The notes under the pieces: generated by a model | Told to the model about the DNA's origin: nothing | The model's input: only the letters and a program-made list of their open reading frames with translations | Databases searched by the model: none | Shown: positions 21,946 through 31,854 of the stretch, one piece after another | Position numbering within the stretch: position 1 is the stretch's first letter | How the letters are laid out: every line of letters starts with the position of its first letter | Made by a program: the position numbers and the translations under genes | Assembly (NCBI GenBank): GCA_977017575.1 | Contig: CDRNVI010000040.1 | Span: forward strand, 620,001 to 684,000 | From: Paramoeba atlantica | Taxonomy: Eukaryota > Protista > Discosea | Reading direction: 5' to 3' | DNA length: 64,000 nt

Positions 21946-22019
21946 AAGTGTCCCTAGGTATAATAACTTTGCTTTGCAAAAAGGTTAAAAAAAAATTCGC
22001 GCCGCTTCGCGGGAAGGGA

Positions 22020-22440
22020 TTCTCTGAATCCCCTAAGCCTAAATTAACACTCTATTATTTAAATTAACACTATACAAAAAAAATTTGAATGTATTTAAAT
22101 GACATTATATTATTTAAATGGCAAAATTGAGCTCGTTTTCCCACTATATCAGGCCTAATTGTTGAGAAATTCCTTTGGAAATACCTAGAATTCTTTGTTA
22201 ATAGCTAGAATTGTAGGCTAAAATCATTTTTTACAGCTTTTTAAGTGCTCTATACCAACTTAGAAGCCCCTTAAACTACCGTACGTACTTCTTAAGACGA
22301 CATTTTTACATGCGTTTTTCCCCTATTTAAATATTATAGCGCTGACGCTATATTATTTAAATAGAAACTTTAACACTATATTATTTAAATAACACTATAT
22401 TATTTAAATAGCGATTTTACTACACTGTATAGTTCTTTCT
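22020..22440. repeat. AT-rich tract with repeated (ACAC)TATATTATTTAAAT motifs
   Basis: At least five TATTATTTAAAT copies (~22051, ~22108, ~22350, ~22378, ~22397). Confidence 0.7.
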
Positions 22441-22771
22441 ACATTCTACATACATCGTATATCAACATTAAGCAGAACAAGTTAAGATAATGCCCCGATA
22501 GTTTCCAACACCCATAGCATTTCTCTCCTCTGCAAATAACAAACCGTTATTCATACGGTCTGTTTTACGGAGCAACGAACCTCTCAAAACAACAGAGCAC
22601 TTTTGTCCTTCCTCCTCAGACCTCTCCAAACCACCAAAAAAGAACGTTGCCATTCACACGAAACGGAACATCGGAGCACTCGCGATATGTAAATATGGAG
22701 CATCACAAAGCACCACTTTATAGCCATCAACTCCTGCAAATCTATTCACATACCTAGATCGTCACAACTCA

Positions 22772-24993
22772 GATCCAATGCAAGTACCGACTGTCATCAA
22801 CATGATGCCAGTTACTCTCAGACGTCATGCCGTCTCCGTATGCTGAATGCGGAATAAACGGATGAGTCTCCCGTGCCACGCAACGTGGTGCATGTTCTCG
22901 CAACTACGCGAGGTCGTCAGTCCCGGGTAATAGGGTGGGTGGATCCAATGCAAGTACCGACTGTCATCAACACAATGCCAGTTACTCTCAGACGTCATGC
23001 CGTCTCCGTATGCCGAATGCGGAATAAACGGATGAGTCTCCCGTGCCACGCAACGTGGTGCATGTTCTCGCAACTACGCGAGGTCGTCAGTCCCGGGTAA
23101 TAGGGTGGGTGGATCCAATGCAAGTACCGACTGTCATCAACACGATGCCAGTTACTCTCAGACGTCATGCCGTCTCCGTATGCCGAATGCGGAATAAACG
23201 GATGAGTCTCCCGTGCCACGCAACGTGGTGCATGCTCTCGCAACTACGCGAGGTCGTCAGTCCCGGGTAATAGGGTGGGTGGACCCAATGCAAGTACCGA
23301 CTGTCATCAACACAATGCCAGTTACTCTCAGACGTCATGCCGTCTCCGTATGCTGAATGCGGAATAAACGGATGAGTCTCCCGTGCCACGCAACGTGGTG
23401 CATGTTCTCGCAACTACGCGAGGTCGTCAGTCCCGGGTAATAGGGTGGGTGGATCCAATGCAAGTACCGACTGTCATCAACACAATGCCAGTTACTCTCA
23501 GACGTCATGCCGTCTCCGTATGCCGAATGCGGAATAAACGGATGAGTCTCCCGTGCCACGCAACGTGGTGCATGTTCTCGCAACTACGCGAGGTCGTCAG
23601 TCCCGGGTAATAGGGTGGGTGGATCCAATGCAAGTACCGACTGTCATCAACACGATGCCAGTTACTCTCAGACGTCATGCCGTCTCCGTATGCCGAATGC
23701 GGAATAAACGGATGAGTCTCCCGTGCCACGCAACGTGGTGCATGCTCTCGCAACTACGCGAGGTCGTCAGTCCCGGGTAATAGGGTGGGTGGATCCAATG
23801 CAAGTACCGACTGTCATCAACACAATGCCAGTTACTCTCAGACGTCATGCCGTCTCCGTATGCCGAATGCGGAATAAACGGATGAGTCTCCCGTGCCACG
23901 CAACGTGGTGCATGCTCTCGCAACTACGCGAGGTCGTCAGTCCCGGGTAATAGGGTGGGTGGATCCAATGCAAGTACCGACTGTCATCAACACGATGCCA
24001 GTTACTCTCAGGCGTCATGCCGTCTCCGTATGCCGAATGCGGAATAAACGGATGAGTCTCCCGTGCCACGCAACGTGGTGCATGCTCTCGCAACTACGCG
24101 AGGTCGTCAGTCCCGGGTAATAGGGTGGGTGGATCCAATGCAAGTACCGACTGTCATCAACACGATGCCAGTTACTCTCAGACGTCATGCCGTCTCCGTA
24201 TGCTGAATGCGGAATAAACGGATGAGTCTCCCGTGCCACGCAACGTGGTGCATGTTCTCGCAACTACGCGAGGTCGTCAGTCCCGGGTAATAGGGTGGGT
24301 GGATCCAATGCAAGTACCGACTGTCATCAACACAATGCCAGTTACTCTCAGACGTCATGCCGTCTCCGTATGCCGAATGCGGAATAAACGGATGAGTCTC
24401 CCGTGCCACGCAACGTGGTGCATGCTCTCGCAACCACGCGAGGTCGTCAGTCCCGGATAATAGGGTGGGTGGATCCAATGCAAGTACCGACTGTCATCAA
24501 CACAATGCCAGTTACTCTCAGACGTCATGCCGTCTCCGTATGCCGAATGCGGAATAAACGGATGAGTCTCCCGTGCCACGCAACGTGGTGCATGCTCTCG
24601 CAACCACGCGAGGTCGTCAGTCCCGGATAATAGGGTGGGTGGATCCAATGCAAGTACCGACTGTCATCAACACGATGCCAGTTACTCTCAGACGTCATGC
24701 CGTCTCCGTATGCCGAATGCGGAATAAACGGATGAGTCTCCCGTGCCACGCAACGTGGTGCATGCTCTCGCAACTACGCGAGGTCGTCAGTCCCGGGTAA
24801 TAGGGTGGGTGGATCCAATGCAAGTACCGACTGTCATCAACACGATGCCAGTTACTCTCAGGCGTCATGCCGTCTCCGTATGCCGAATGCGGAATAAACG
24901 GATGAGTCTCCCGTGCCACGCAACGTGGTGCATGCTCTCGCAACTACGCGAGGTCGTCAGTCCCGGGTAATAGGGTGGGTGGATCCAGTGCAA
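22772..24993. repeat. Tandem array of a 170-bp hairpin-rich unit, 13 full copies plus a short partial
   Basis: GATCCAATGCAAGTACCG... recurs every 170 nt (22772, 22942, ... 24812, partial at 24982); units differ only by a few transitions; no spacers. Confidence 0.98.
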
Positions 24994-25345
24994 ATAATAA
25001 TTCAAAAGTGCAATGCGTTGAGTTAACATTCTGTTTGTTATATTTCGATTCATGTTTTTGTTCAAGAATACGTAGTGAAACGGTACCCACGGGCGGGCGA
25101 AATCGAATGCCGCATGTTTGAATTTATTACGTAGACAGAATTCATTAGGTAGACATTACATAAATAGGAATAGACAGGAACGGAAAATCGATCTTGGGAA
25201 TTAAAATTTACGCAGTTTTTTCCCGAGGGGTATTGTATTTTTTGTTTTCTTGTAGTTTTTTTAACTAATTTATGGCGATTTATCGGTTTTATTATTGTTT
25301 TGATTTACTGTTTACGGATTAAAAAGAACGTGTGTTGAATCCGTC

Positions 25346-25648
25346 ATGTCCGTGGATGATTTTTCTCTTAGTGAAAGTTATCCGTATTTAACTCGTTTTG
25401 AAAGGGCGCGAATCATTGCGGAACGAGCGGAGGAACTATCACGTGGGGCTCCACCAAAAGCTTCTTGTATTTTACCAGAGGATGATGCTACACGAATAGC
25501 GATGCGCGAACTTTTGGAGAAATCATTACCTTTGCGCGTGCGCAGGAATCTTCCAGATGGTTCTCACCAGGACTGTGATTTGCGGGCTTTGGATGTTGAT
25601 CCTGACAATTATATCACTGCGTTTCTTTTTGATGAAGGTTCCATCTAA
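25346..25648 (+). CDS. RPB6: RNA polymerase common subunit RPB6 (RPABC2)
   Basis: PYLTRFERARII..RA.ELS.GAP; IAMRELLEKSLPLRVRRNLPDGS. Confidence 0.92.
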   Translation: MSVDDFSLSESYPYLTRFERARIIAERAEELSRGAPPKASCILPEDDATRIAMRELLEKSLPLRVRRNLPDGSHQDCDLRALDVDPDNYITAFLFDEGSI

Positions 25649-25856
25649 CTATACGTTGACCAGCTATTAAAGTCTTTTTATTGACAATCTAAAGTTTATT
25701 AGAACTATAGACCGTGCTTTTGGTAATGGTTTTGAAAGGTCTGTGTGACTGGGGGAATACTTTTTTGGTGGGCAATGACCTGTTATCTTCATGAGTGTGT
25801 TGATTTTCTGCCTATCCAACCCCTCAGCTAAGTCATCCTCGTCCGTATTCCAATTT

Positions 25857-25950
25857 GTTAAACGCGGAGGTAGTTTTCAACGCGAAGCGCGCAGCAGTGG
25901 TGCCTTCTAAGTTGAAAACACCCACCACGTTTAACGAAGCGACTAAAAAA
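25857..25950 (+). mobile_element. Diverged solo terminal fold-back of family A
   Basis: GTTAAACGCGGAGGTAGTTTTCAACGCGAAGCGCG...GTTGAAAACACCCACCACGTTTAACGAAG. Confidence 0.7.
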
Positions 25951-26093
25951 TTTAAATTCCGACTCGAATCATACACCTTTACCGGGGTTACTTTAACTTT
26001 AAAATATTGTGACAATAATGGGGTCCAGTATTCTTAATTTTAAGTTTCTAGTATACCTTAGCATGAAACGATAGGTTTCTCATTTTCTTGATC

Positions 26094-28532
26094 ATGCTTT
26101 GGCGGGTTATGCGAAATAAATGCTCCGACGTCCGCTCCGGTGGTTTGCTGTTGGATTTTCTGTTTAGGCACAGTTCGACATGTGCTGCGGAAGGATGTGT
26201 CCCTACACTACATGCGATGATCATGATGTTTCGGCAAGGATCGTACCCTAATGACACAGATCGACAGGAAATTAGATCGCAATGGAAGCTAGTTTCGAAT
26301 TGTTTGTCTAGTGTGCCCACTTCAACCTTGATCTCTGCAATTTCATTATTTTCAGAAAACGATCTCATACCTAATCAATCTGAAGCGTGTAGAGAGATTA
26401 GTTCAGTTCTCTTAACAAGAGCACGTGGTGACAAGACGCATTTGCATCCGAAACAAGCTACAAAACTACTTATTATCGACGCAGCGGCACGAAAATACAA
26501 TTCCCGAACATTGGATCACAAATCAAGGTGCGATTTATTAGATAATAATTTGCGTGAGCATTGTCGGCGCATAGTAAAGCCTTCTGGCTTCGGAGGCTTG
26601 ACATGTCTTAATGATTCTTCCGTGTCGATACCTCCAACGACAGATAATGCGGATGAAAAATCCGACTATTCCGGCAACATCGAAGTCAATGCTCCTTCAG
26701 CGTTTAGTGAACAAAGATTCAATAAGGATCCTCGAGACGTTCTCCAGTTTATAAACAACGTTATCGACCGTATTACAGGATGTCGCTACAAAGATTCGGT
26801 TACAACATGGAAGCCTGTCAAGCAGCTCATAGATTATGTGTACTTTATAACGGTTAGTAAACGATTTTTGCAGGACGTTGCCAACACCTCAGTATGGGAA
26901 GCCTATCATTGTGCACGGAGTCGAGCCTTACAGAAGGTTCTTATTCCGTTTTTCACAAAAGAATCTGACCGTGTTGGGATTGAAGATTTTCCATATTCTA
27001 GGCTATTCACAATATTTCTTCAGGATTTGAGTGGGGAGAAGTTAAGTGGGGAGAATTTCAATAGTGGTTCAGAGTCTTGTAAAAACGGTTCCTTGCATGT
27101 TGTCCGTGTACTTCTAAAAGATTTGCACCAGCAACTGACGAAACCTTTTGACAAATATCAAGGAGGAGAACTTCTGAGAATACTTGAAGAGGTATGGAAC
27201 GTCTTGAACAACTTGTCTTTACGATATCCCCGACACGCAACTAATTTGTTACTTTGCGCCTTAAAGTGCATCTCATCACAAAGAAATTGTCTAACTCATC
27301 AAATCATTTCAACTACTTTTCTTTCCGAATTTTGTACGTCTTGCGAAGCTTTTCCTTCGCAAGAAGTTTTGGAAGCCGTGCACGTTGTTTTTCAGGTCCC
27401 AAGTGTATTATACATGCTAGAGAACTCTGCTCCAGCCGACTTAGCAGTTCGCTTGGCTCAGCTATGTGCCGTTCATCACTGCCGTGGAGGCCCTGTTGTA
27501 CAGGCTTTGCTCCATCGCTATAACAAAGACGGTTCTACTTGGGTTCTTCGAGCCAGATGTATTGTTCTACGCGCCTTATGGCATTGCATCTCAAAGGAAT
27601 CGGTACACAAGATGTGCACCACGCTAGTTGATGACCTCTTAGAATCCCGAACCGGCATAAAAACATTATTTCTTGCAGATGCTGCTCATGTGGGTCATTT
27701 CTTGGTCACGTGCGCAGAAAATCACCCAAGGCATGAAGCCGTTTGGAGTGCCTGGTTATCCTTTGTGTTAAACGAAAAAAATCTCGCAAATTCCCAAACT
27801 TTCTCTTCTCTTTCCTTCTTGCTTGAGGTTGTTTCTCTATCGTCGGCCTCGTGCATTGTGAACATGGAGATTCACAAGCTTAATCCACTTTTTCTTGCAT
27901 GTCTCAACCTTCTAAGAATTTTTGTCTCGGAAGAAAATTGTTACCTACTTTGGGGCAAGGGTCTCGATAAGCCACAAGTGCCATTTGTGAAGCTTAAAGC
28001 ACTTATCCGTTGCATTTTTTACACAGTAAACCTTAGAACCGTACAAACAAGCGCACAGTATGATACACGAACAGAAAAGGGTTCCAAAGATCCTCATTGG
28101 GTGTACCTTATTGACACCTTGCGCTGCGCTATTCAACGTTCTTTACGTCACCAACTTACTATTGCTGGAAAAAAATTACCAGAGCCTATGCCACAGGCTG
28201 TTGAAATCTGTAAAGCGTTCGACAGTATACAAAAGAAGACAGTGCCCTCTAGGGAGGACTGCGTTCGTTTGTTCAGCACATACGCTTCTCTACTTACTGG
28301 TCCGTACGGACAACAGTGGCGGCCTAGCTTTGCTCGAGAGGAAAACTTGGTCATAAGATATTCCTTAGAAACTTTACAAAAGGAACATCTGAGCAGTTTG
28401 CAAAGGAGTTCAATACAACGCCATCGCGTGTTTCTGTACTTACAGAGGTTGGGACCACATTGGGCACCTGAACTCTACGAAGCATTGCAAAGTGCAAATC
28501 AAAAATACGAAATCAAAAGTGCAAATCGGTAG
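26094..28532 (+). CDS. Hypothetical protein (~810 aa, likely helical)
   Basis: Long co-oriented ORF; no motif recognised; start codon uncertain. Confidence 0.7.
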   Translation: MLWRVMRNKCSDVRSGGLLLDFLFRHSSTCAAEGCVPTLHAMIMMFRQGSYPNDTDRQEIRSQWKLVSNCLSSVPTSTLISAISLFSENDLIPNQSEACREISSVLLTRARGDKTHLHPKQATKLLIIDAAARKYNSRTLDHKSRCDLLDNNLREHCRRIVKPSGFGGLTCLNDSSVSIPPTTDNADEKSDYSGNIEVNAPSAFSEQRFNKDPRDVLQFINNVIDRITGCRYKDSVTTWKPVKQLIDYVYFITVSKRFLQDVANTSVWEAYHCARSRALQKVLIPFFTKESDRVGIEDFPYSRLFTIFLQDLSGEKLSGENFNSGSESCKNGSLHVVRVLLKDLHQQLTKPFDKYQGGELLRILEEVWNVLNNLSLRYPRHATNLLLCALKCISSQRNCLTHQIISTTFLSEFCTSCEAFPSQEVLEAVHVVFQVPSVLYMLENSAPADLAVRLAQLCAVHHCRGGPVVQALLHRYNKDGSTWVLRARCIVLRALWHCISKESVHKMCTTLVDDLLESRTGIKTLFLADAAHVGHFLVTCAENHPRHEAVWSAWLSFVLNEKNLANSQTFSSLSFLLEVVSLSSASCIVNMEIHKLNPLFLACLNLLRIFVSEENCYLLWGKGLDKPQVPFVKLKALIRCIFYTVNLRTVQTSAQYDTRTEKGSKDPHWVYLIDTLRCAIQRSLRHQLTIAGKKLPEPMPQAVEICKAFDSIQKKTVPSREDCVRLFSTYASLLTGPYGQQWRPSFAREENLVIRYSLETLQKEHLSSLQRSSIQRHRVFLYLQRLGPHWAPELYEALQSANQKYEIKSANR

Positions 28533-29049
28533 TTTCTCCTATGGGCTGTTACAATGCCTCTTAAGCACTTCGTTGAGCTAGGCTTGTCTGGAGTGTTTGG
28601 TATCCCCCCTGACAGTTATTTGTCCGTTTCTTTTTCATTTTGTTCTAGCATACGATATATTTCGTCCCCATAGCACGGAACTTCGCCGACAGTTTTTATA
28701 GAGATTCTCGTGAATTGGCCGGGTACAAAAAATATGATTTTTTACCCTTTTTTTAGAACGATGTGAAGCTAAATAGGAAGAAAATACATTTTTCAAAGTT
28801 TAACAAAGTACATTTTCTGGGAGCAACTCTTGGCCAAGACTGCACAACGATTAAAAAACTTGTGAACAATTAAAAGCATTTTTCTACCCTTCTCTAAAAA
28901 CGCATATCCTTCGTAATATATGACATGTCGGAAAGTGAACGTGCGTCTCAAGCGACAGGCCATTGTCTTACACATCTCTTTATGTCCATCCAGCAAACAC
29001 TGACATACTTACTGTCAAGATAAAAGATAGAACAGTGTGTTCTTTCTTC

Positions 29050-30099
29050 ATGCAATCTCTTAAACATTTGGATATTTTTGCAAAATACGATGTGCGATTC
29101 GAGACTGAAGCCAGAGAACGCTCTTCCGCAGGTGGAATATTTTCTGTAGCGAGCTTTTTATGGGTATTCTACTTGTGTTTTACGGAAATCAAACACTATA
29201 GGGAAACTGTAACCAGTCAAAGTTTCGATGTACACTCTAGCTTGCGAAACATGGATGATATTCCTCTTTTTCTTAACGTAACTGTGCTAGAAATTGGATG
29301 CGATAACTTATCCGTGGAACTTGTTGATTTTTCTGGATCTCCTGCATCTCCAATCAAGAGTCGTAAATATACATGTAGCCAGGGACAAAGTACAGATGAT
29401 TCTTTTTTGGGTTGCAGAATAGAGGCAAATTTTCATGTTCCACCACTTCCTGGTCACATCAGAATTTCGCATCATCACGTAACATCCTCGAGTTATTCTG
29501 TGGATCCGAGTATTGAACCAATTCAAGAAGCCAATTCTGTGATTAACACTTCACATGTCATTCATGAGCTACGATTTGGCGAACCATATCCAGGACAGAG
29601 GTATCCGTTGCTGGAGCATTACGTATTACACACTGAGGAAAAAGCACTGCCGCAGGAACCGAATTTAGAAAATTCTTTTTTGTTCAATCCTTTTCTAGCA
29701 GCATTGGGTATTGGAAGATTTTTTCGCGCTCCTCCGTTGCCGGCGCATTCCACTGGTCGACATCAATACTGGATCAAAGTGGTTCCCACGGTTTACTCTT
29801 ACGTAAATTCCACGCAACTACGTGCATATCAGTACAGTGTCACACATCACTATGAAATTCTTAACGCGGGGGCAAGTATGGATTCTAAGCTTCCAGGCAT
29901 ACATTTTTTGTATGAGCCCAGCGCAGTGACTGTGCGTTATCAAGAGGAGTACCCACATAGATCTTTCCTACATTTATGGATGCAAATGTTGTCGATATTA
30001 GGAGGGGTTCTTATTATGGCAAGAATGGTCGACGCTGTGTGGTTTTCCTGGGCTACCCAACGCAGCCTTCATCGTAAGAATCATACTCCAATAAATTAA
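29050..30099 (+). CDS. ER-Golgi intermediate compartment protein, ERGIC3/Erv46-Erv41 family
   Basis: LKHLDIFAK..GGIFSV (ERGIC_N); QYWIKVVPT, YQYSVT, LPGIHFLYEPSAVTV, ILGGV (COPII-coated ERV). ATG taken at 29050. Confidence 0.88.
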   Translation: MQSLKHLDIFAKYDVRFETEARERSSAGGIFSVASFLWVFYLCFTEIKHYRETVTSQSFDVHSSLRNMDDIPLFLNVTVLEIGCDNLSVELVDFSGSPASPIKSRKYTCSQGQSTDDSFLGCRIEANFHVPPLPGHIRISHHHVTSSSYSVDPSIEPIQEANSVINTSHVIHELRFGEPYPGQRYPLLEHYVLHTEEKALPQEPNLENSFLFNPFLAALGIGRFFRAPPLPAHSTGRHQYWIKVVPTVYSYVNSTQLRAYQYSVTHHYEILNAGASMDSKLPGIHFLYEPSAVTVRYQEEYPHRSFLHLWMQMLSILGGVLIMARMVDAVWFSWATQRSLHRKNHTPIN

Positions 30100-30428
30100 A
30101 TTACAAGCGTTCTACAAAAGAAATATCAACTGTACTCTACGGCAGAAGATGCAATAATGTTCAATTCGAATGTAGTAATTTATTACACCAATTACTCATG
30201 TAGTGAATTACTACAAATTATATCCTACGCAATTTAAATATGTTCCAGGATAGTATACCCATGACCACTTATCACACGCTGGAGTAAGTGACTTGTAAGT
30301 TACAATTGTAGGTTACAATTGTAAGTTACAACTTGCAACCAAAAAGAGTACCGATTTTTTTTTTCAAATAATACATGTATGTAGTAGGTATCCTGTTATA
30401 TACATAGTCATTGTATGCTATAAGTCTT

Positions 30429-31297
30429 ATTGCGGTGGTTGTATAACTACCGCTCTACACTCGATTATTGAAAAAAAAAGTGAACAAAAACAGTGAAAAT
30501 ATAAAGAGGAACACAGTAATATAATAGAAGAAAAAAATAAAAGGGGGCCCCGGTGGTCCAAAATTGAAAAAATGGGGGGTCATGGTCGAGCAATTATTTT
30601 TGAAAAAATTAGTTTTCGAAAAAATACCGCAGAAGGGGTAGCCGGGGTCTTGGCGCGCATTTTCCACCCACTTACCCGGGGGTGACCCCCCCTCATATGC
30701 GCAGGACGGGTCCGCCAAGTTCGGATTTTTTCGGAAAAAAATTTTGAAAAACATTTCAACTTAGCGTAAAAAATGGTAAAAAAAATATTTTTCCAAAATT
30801 GTTTCCCCTGTTGTATTTTGAGAGCTTGGGACCTACAGCCTGTATATTACCTGTATATTAGCTTTCTACGCCGTTGTTTTCACCAGACATCCGTTCTTCC
30901 AGCCGTGGTACGCCCCGCAAAATGATTCATTTTTGACTAAAAAAGGTGAAAAAGTAATTTTCGGACCCCAAGGGGCCTTTTTGTGTCGAAAGAATGGTGT
31001 GGTTGGAGTCGTATTCTCTACCCAATACGTTCGGTAGGCTTTCATTCATGCCTATGAGCGACTTCCCACGCGCAAATGTCGGATTTAGTGCTCTGAGAGC
31101 AAAAACATCTAATAATGACCCCATTTTTACCCGAAAATCGGATATTTCTGGCCGCAATCTTTCCGTTTTCTTCAGCTTTCCGGGTCAAATTTTCTTTTTT
31201 AGGCTCTTCGTTAAACGCAGTGGTAGTTTTCAACGCGAAGCGCGCAGCATGAGTGACTTCGAAGTTGAAACCACCGCGTTTAACGAAGAGCCTAAAA
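30429..31297 (+). mobile_element. Helitron2/Helentron-like family A, full-length older copy
   Basis: Starts ATTGCGGTGGTTGT and ends ...CCACCGCGTTTAACGAAGAGCCTAAAA; more diverged than the other copies. Confidence 0.72.
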
Positions 31298-31300
31298 GAG

Positions 31301-31612
31301 TAGTGCGGGGCTTTATTGCGGGACGGGTTAATTAAGGGACACCCCCCATCAAGGCCAAAGTTTCCATTAATTCTCCAATTTTTTCCAAGGCTCTAGTATA
31401 CCTTTTTCTTTCAATTATCTTCTCATATTTATCTCATTTTCTTTCACTTATCGTACAAGTACATTTTTATGTGTGCCTGATAACTTGCGCGCTCTGTGAC
31501 TTGGGCGCTTCACTTGTAGTTCTTTTGACCCATTCCAAAGGTATGACCCCACCCCCATATTGTCTCTTAAATACCCGTCCCGTAATTAAACCGTCCCGTA
31601 CACCACGCATTG
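31301..31612. mobile_element. Tc1-type MITE, copy 2 (of 15269-15601)
   Basis: Collinear similarity over ~310 bp; ends slightly eroded. Confidence 0.8.
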
Positions 31613-31854
31613 TAGTTTACCTAGTAGGCATACTAAACTTTATGTGTCCCAAGGCCACTTATACCTACCCCCCGTCTACACAACAGAAGCGGGAGGCGTA
31701 CCATTTTCAGAAGACATCGCAACTTTTTCTAGCAAGAACATACAAAGAAACCTTAATAGAAGGCCAAGGTATCACTTTTAACAAATATAGAGAAGGAACG
31801 CTCCGAAGCGCCGCGAAACTATTTTTTGCTTTTTAGACTAAATTTAGTATAGTA

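Noticed and set aside
22342-22355. SL-like CTGACGCTATATTA
   Set aside because: Resembles only the first third of a trypanosomatid SL; the conserved core and GT donor are absent; it is part of the AT repeat.
22916-22970. Box C/D snoRNA on minus (TGATGA...CTGA)
   Set aside because: Only ~53 nt, antisense to the gene cluster, no clear D'/C' boxes or confident rRNA guide. Not fully excluded.
23060-23092. Hammerhead ribozyme on minus (CTGACGA-stem-GAAC)
   Set aside because: GAAC instead of GAAA, stem II out of register, and no stem I/III closure with a UH site.
23040-23105. Hairpin ribozyme on minus (GAGAACA...CACG; TATTACCCGG)
   Set aside because: The loop B 3' strand GUAUAUUAC is not placed after the helix, and the elements are in the wrong order.
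22772-24993. CRISPR array
   Set aside because: No unique spacers, a 170-nt period, no cas genes, and a eukaryotic context.
22772-24993. SL RNA, 5S rRNA or snRNA gene array
   Set aside because: No CAGTTTCTGTA SL core, no recognisable 5S/U2/U6 motifs, and no T-tract terminator on either strand.
22825-25065. Repeated 75/82/97-aa ORFs in the array
   Set aside because: By-products of the repeat; the 170-nt period is not a multiple of 3 and no protein motif is present.
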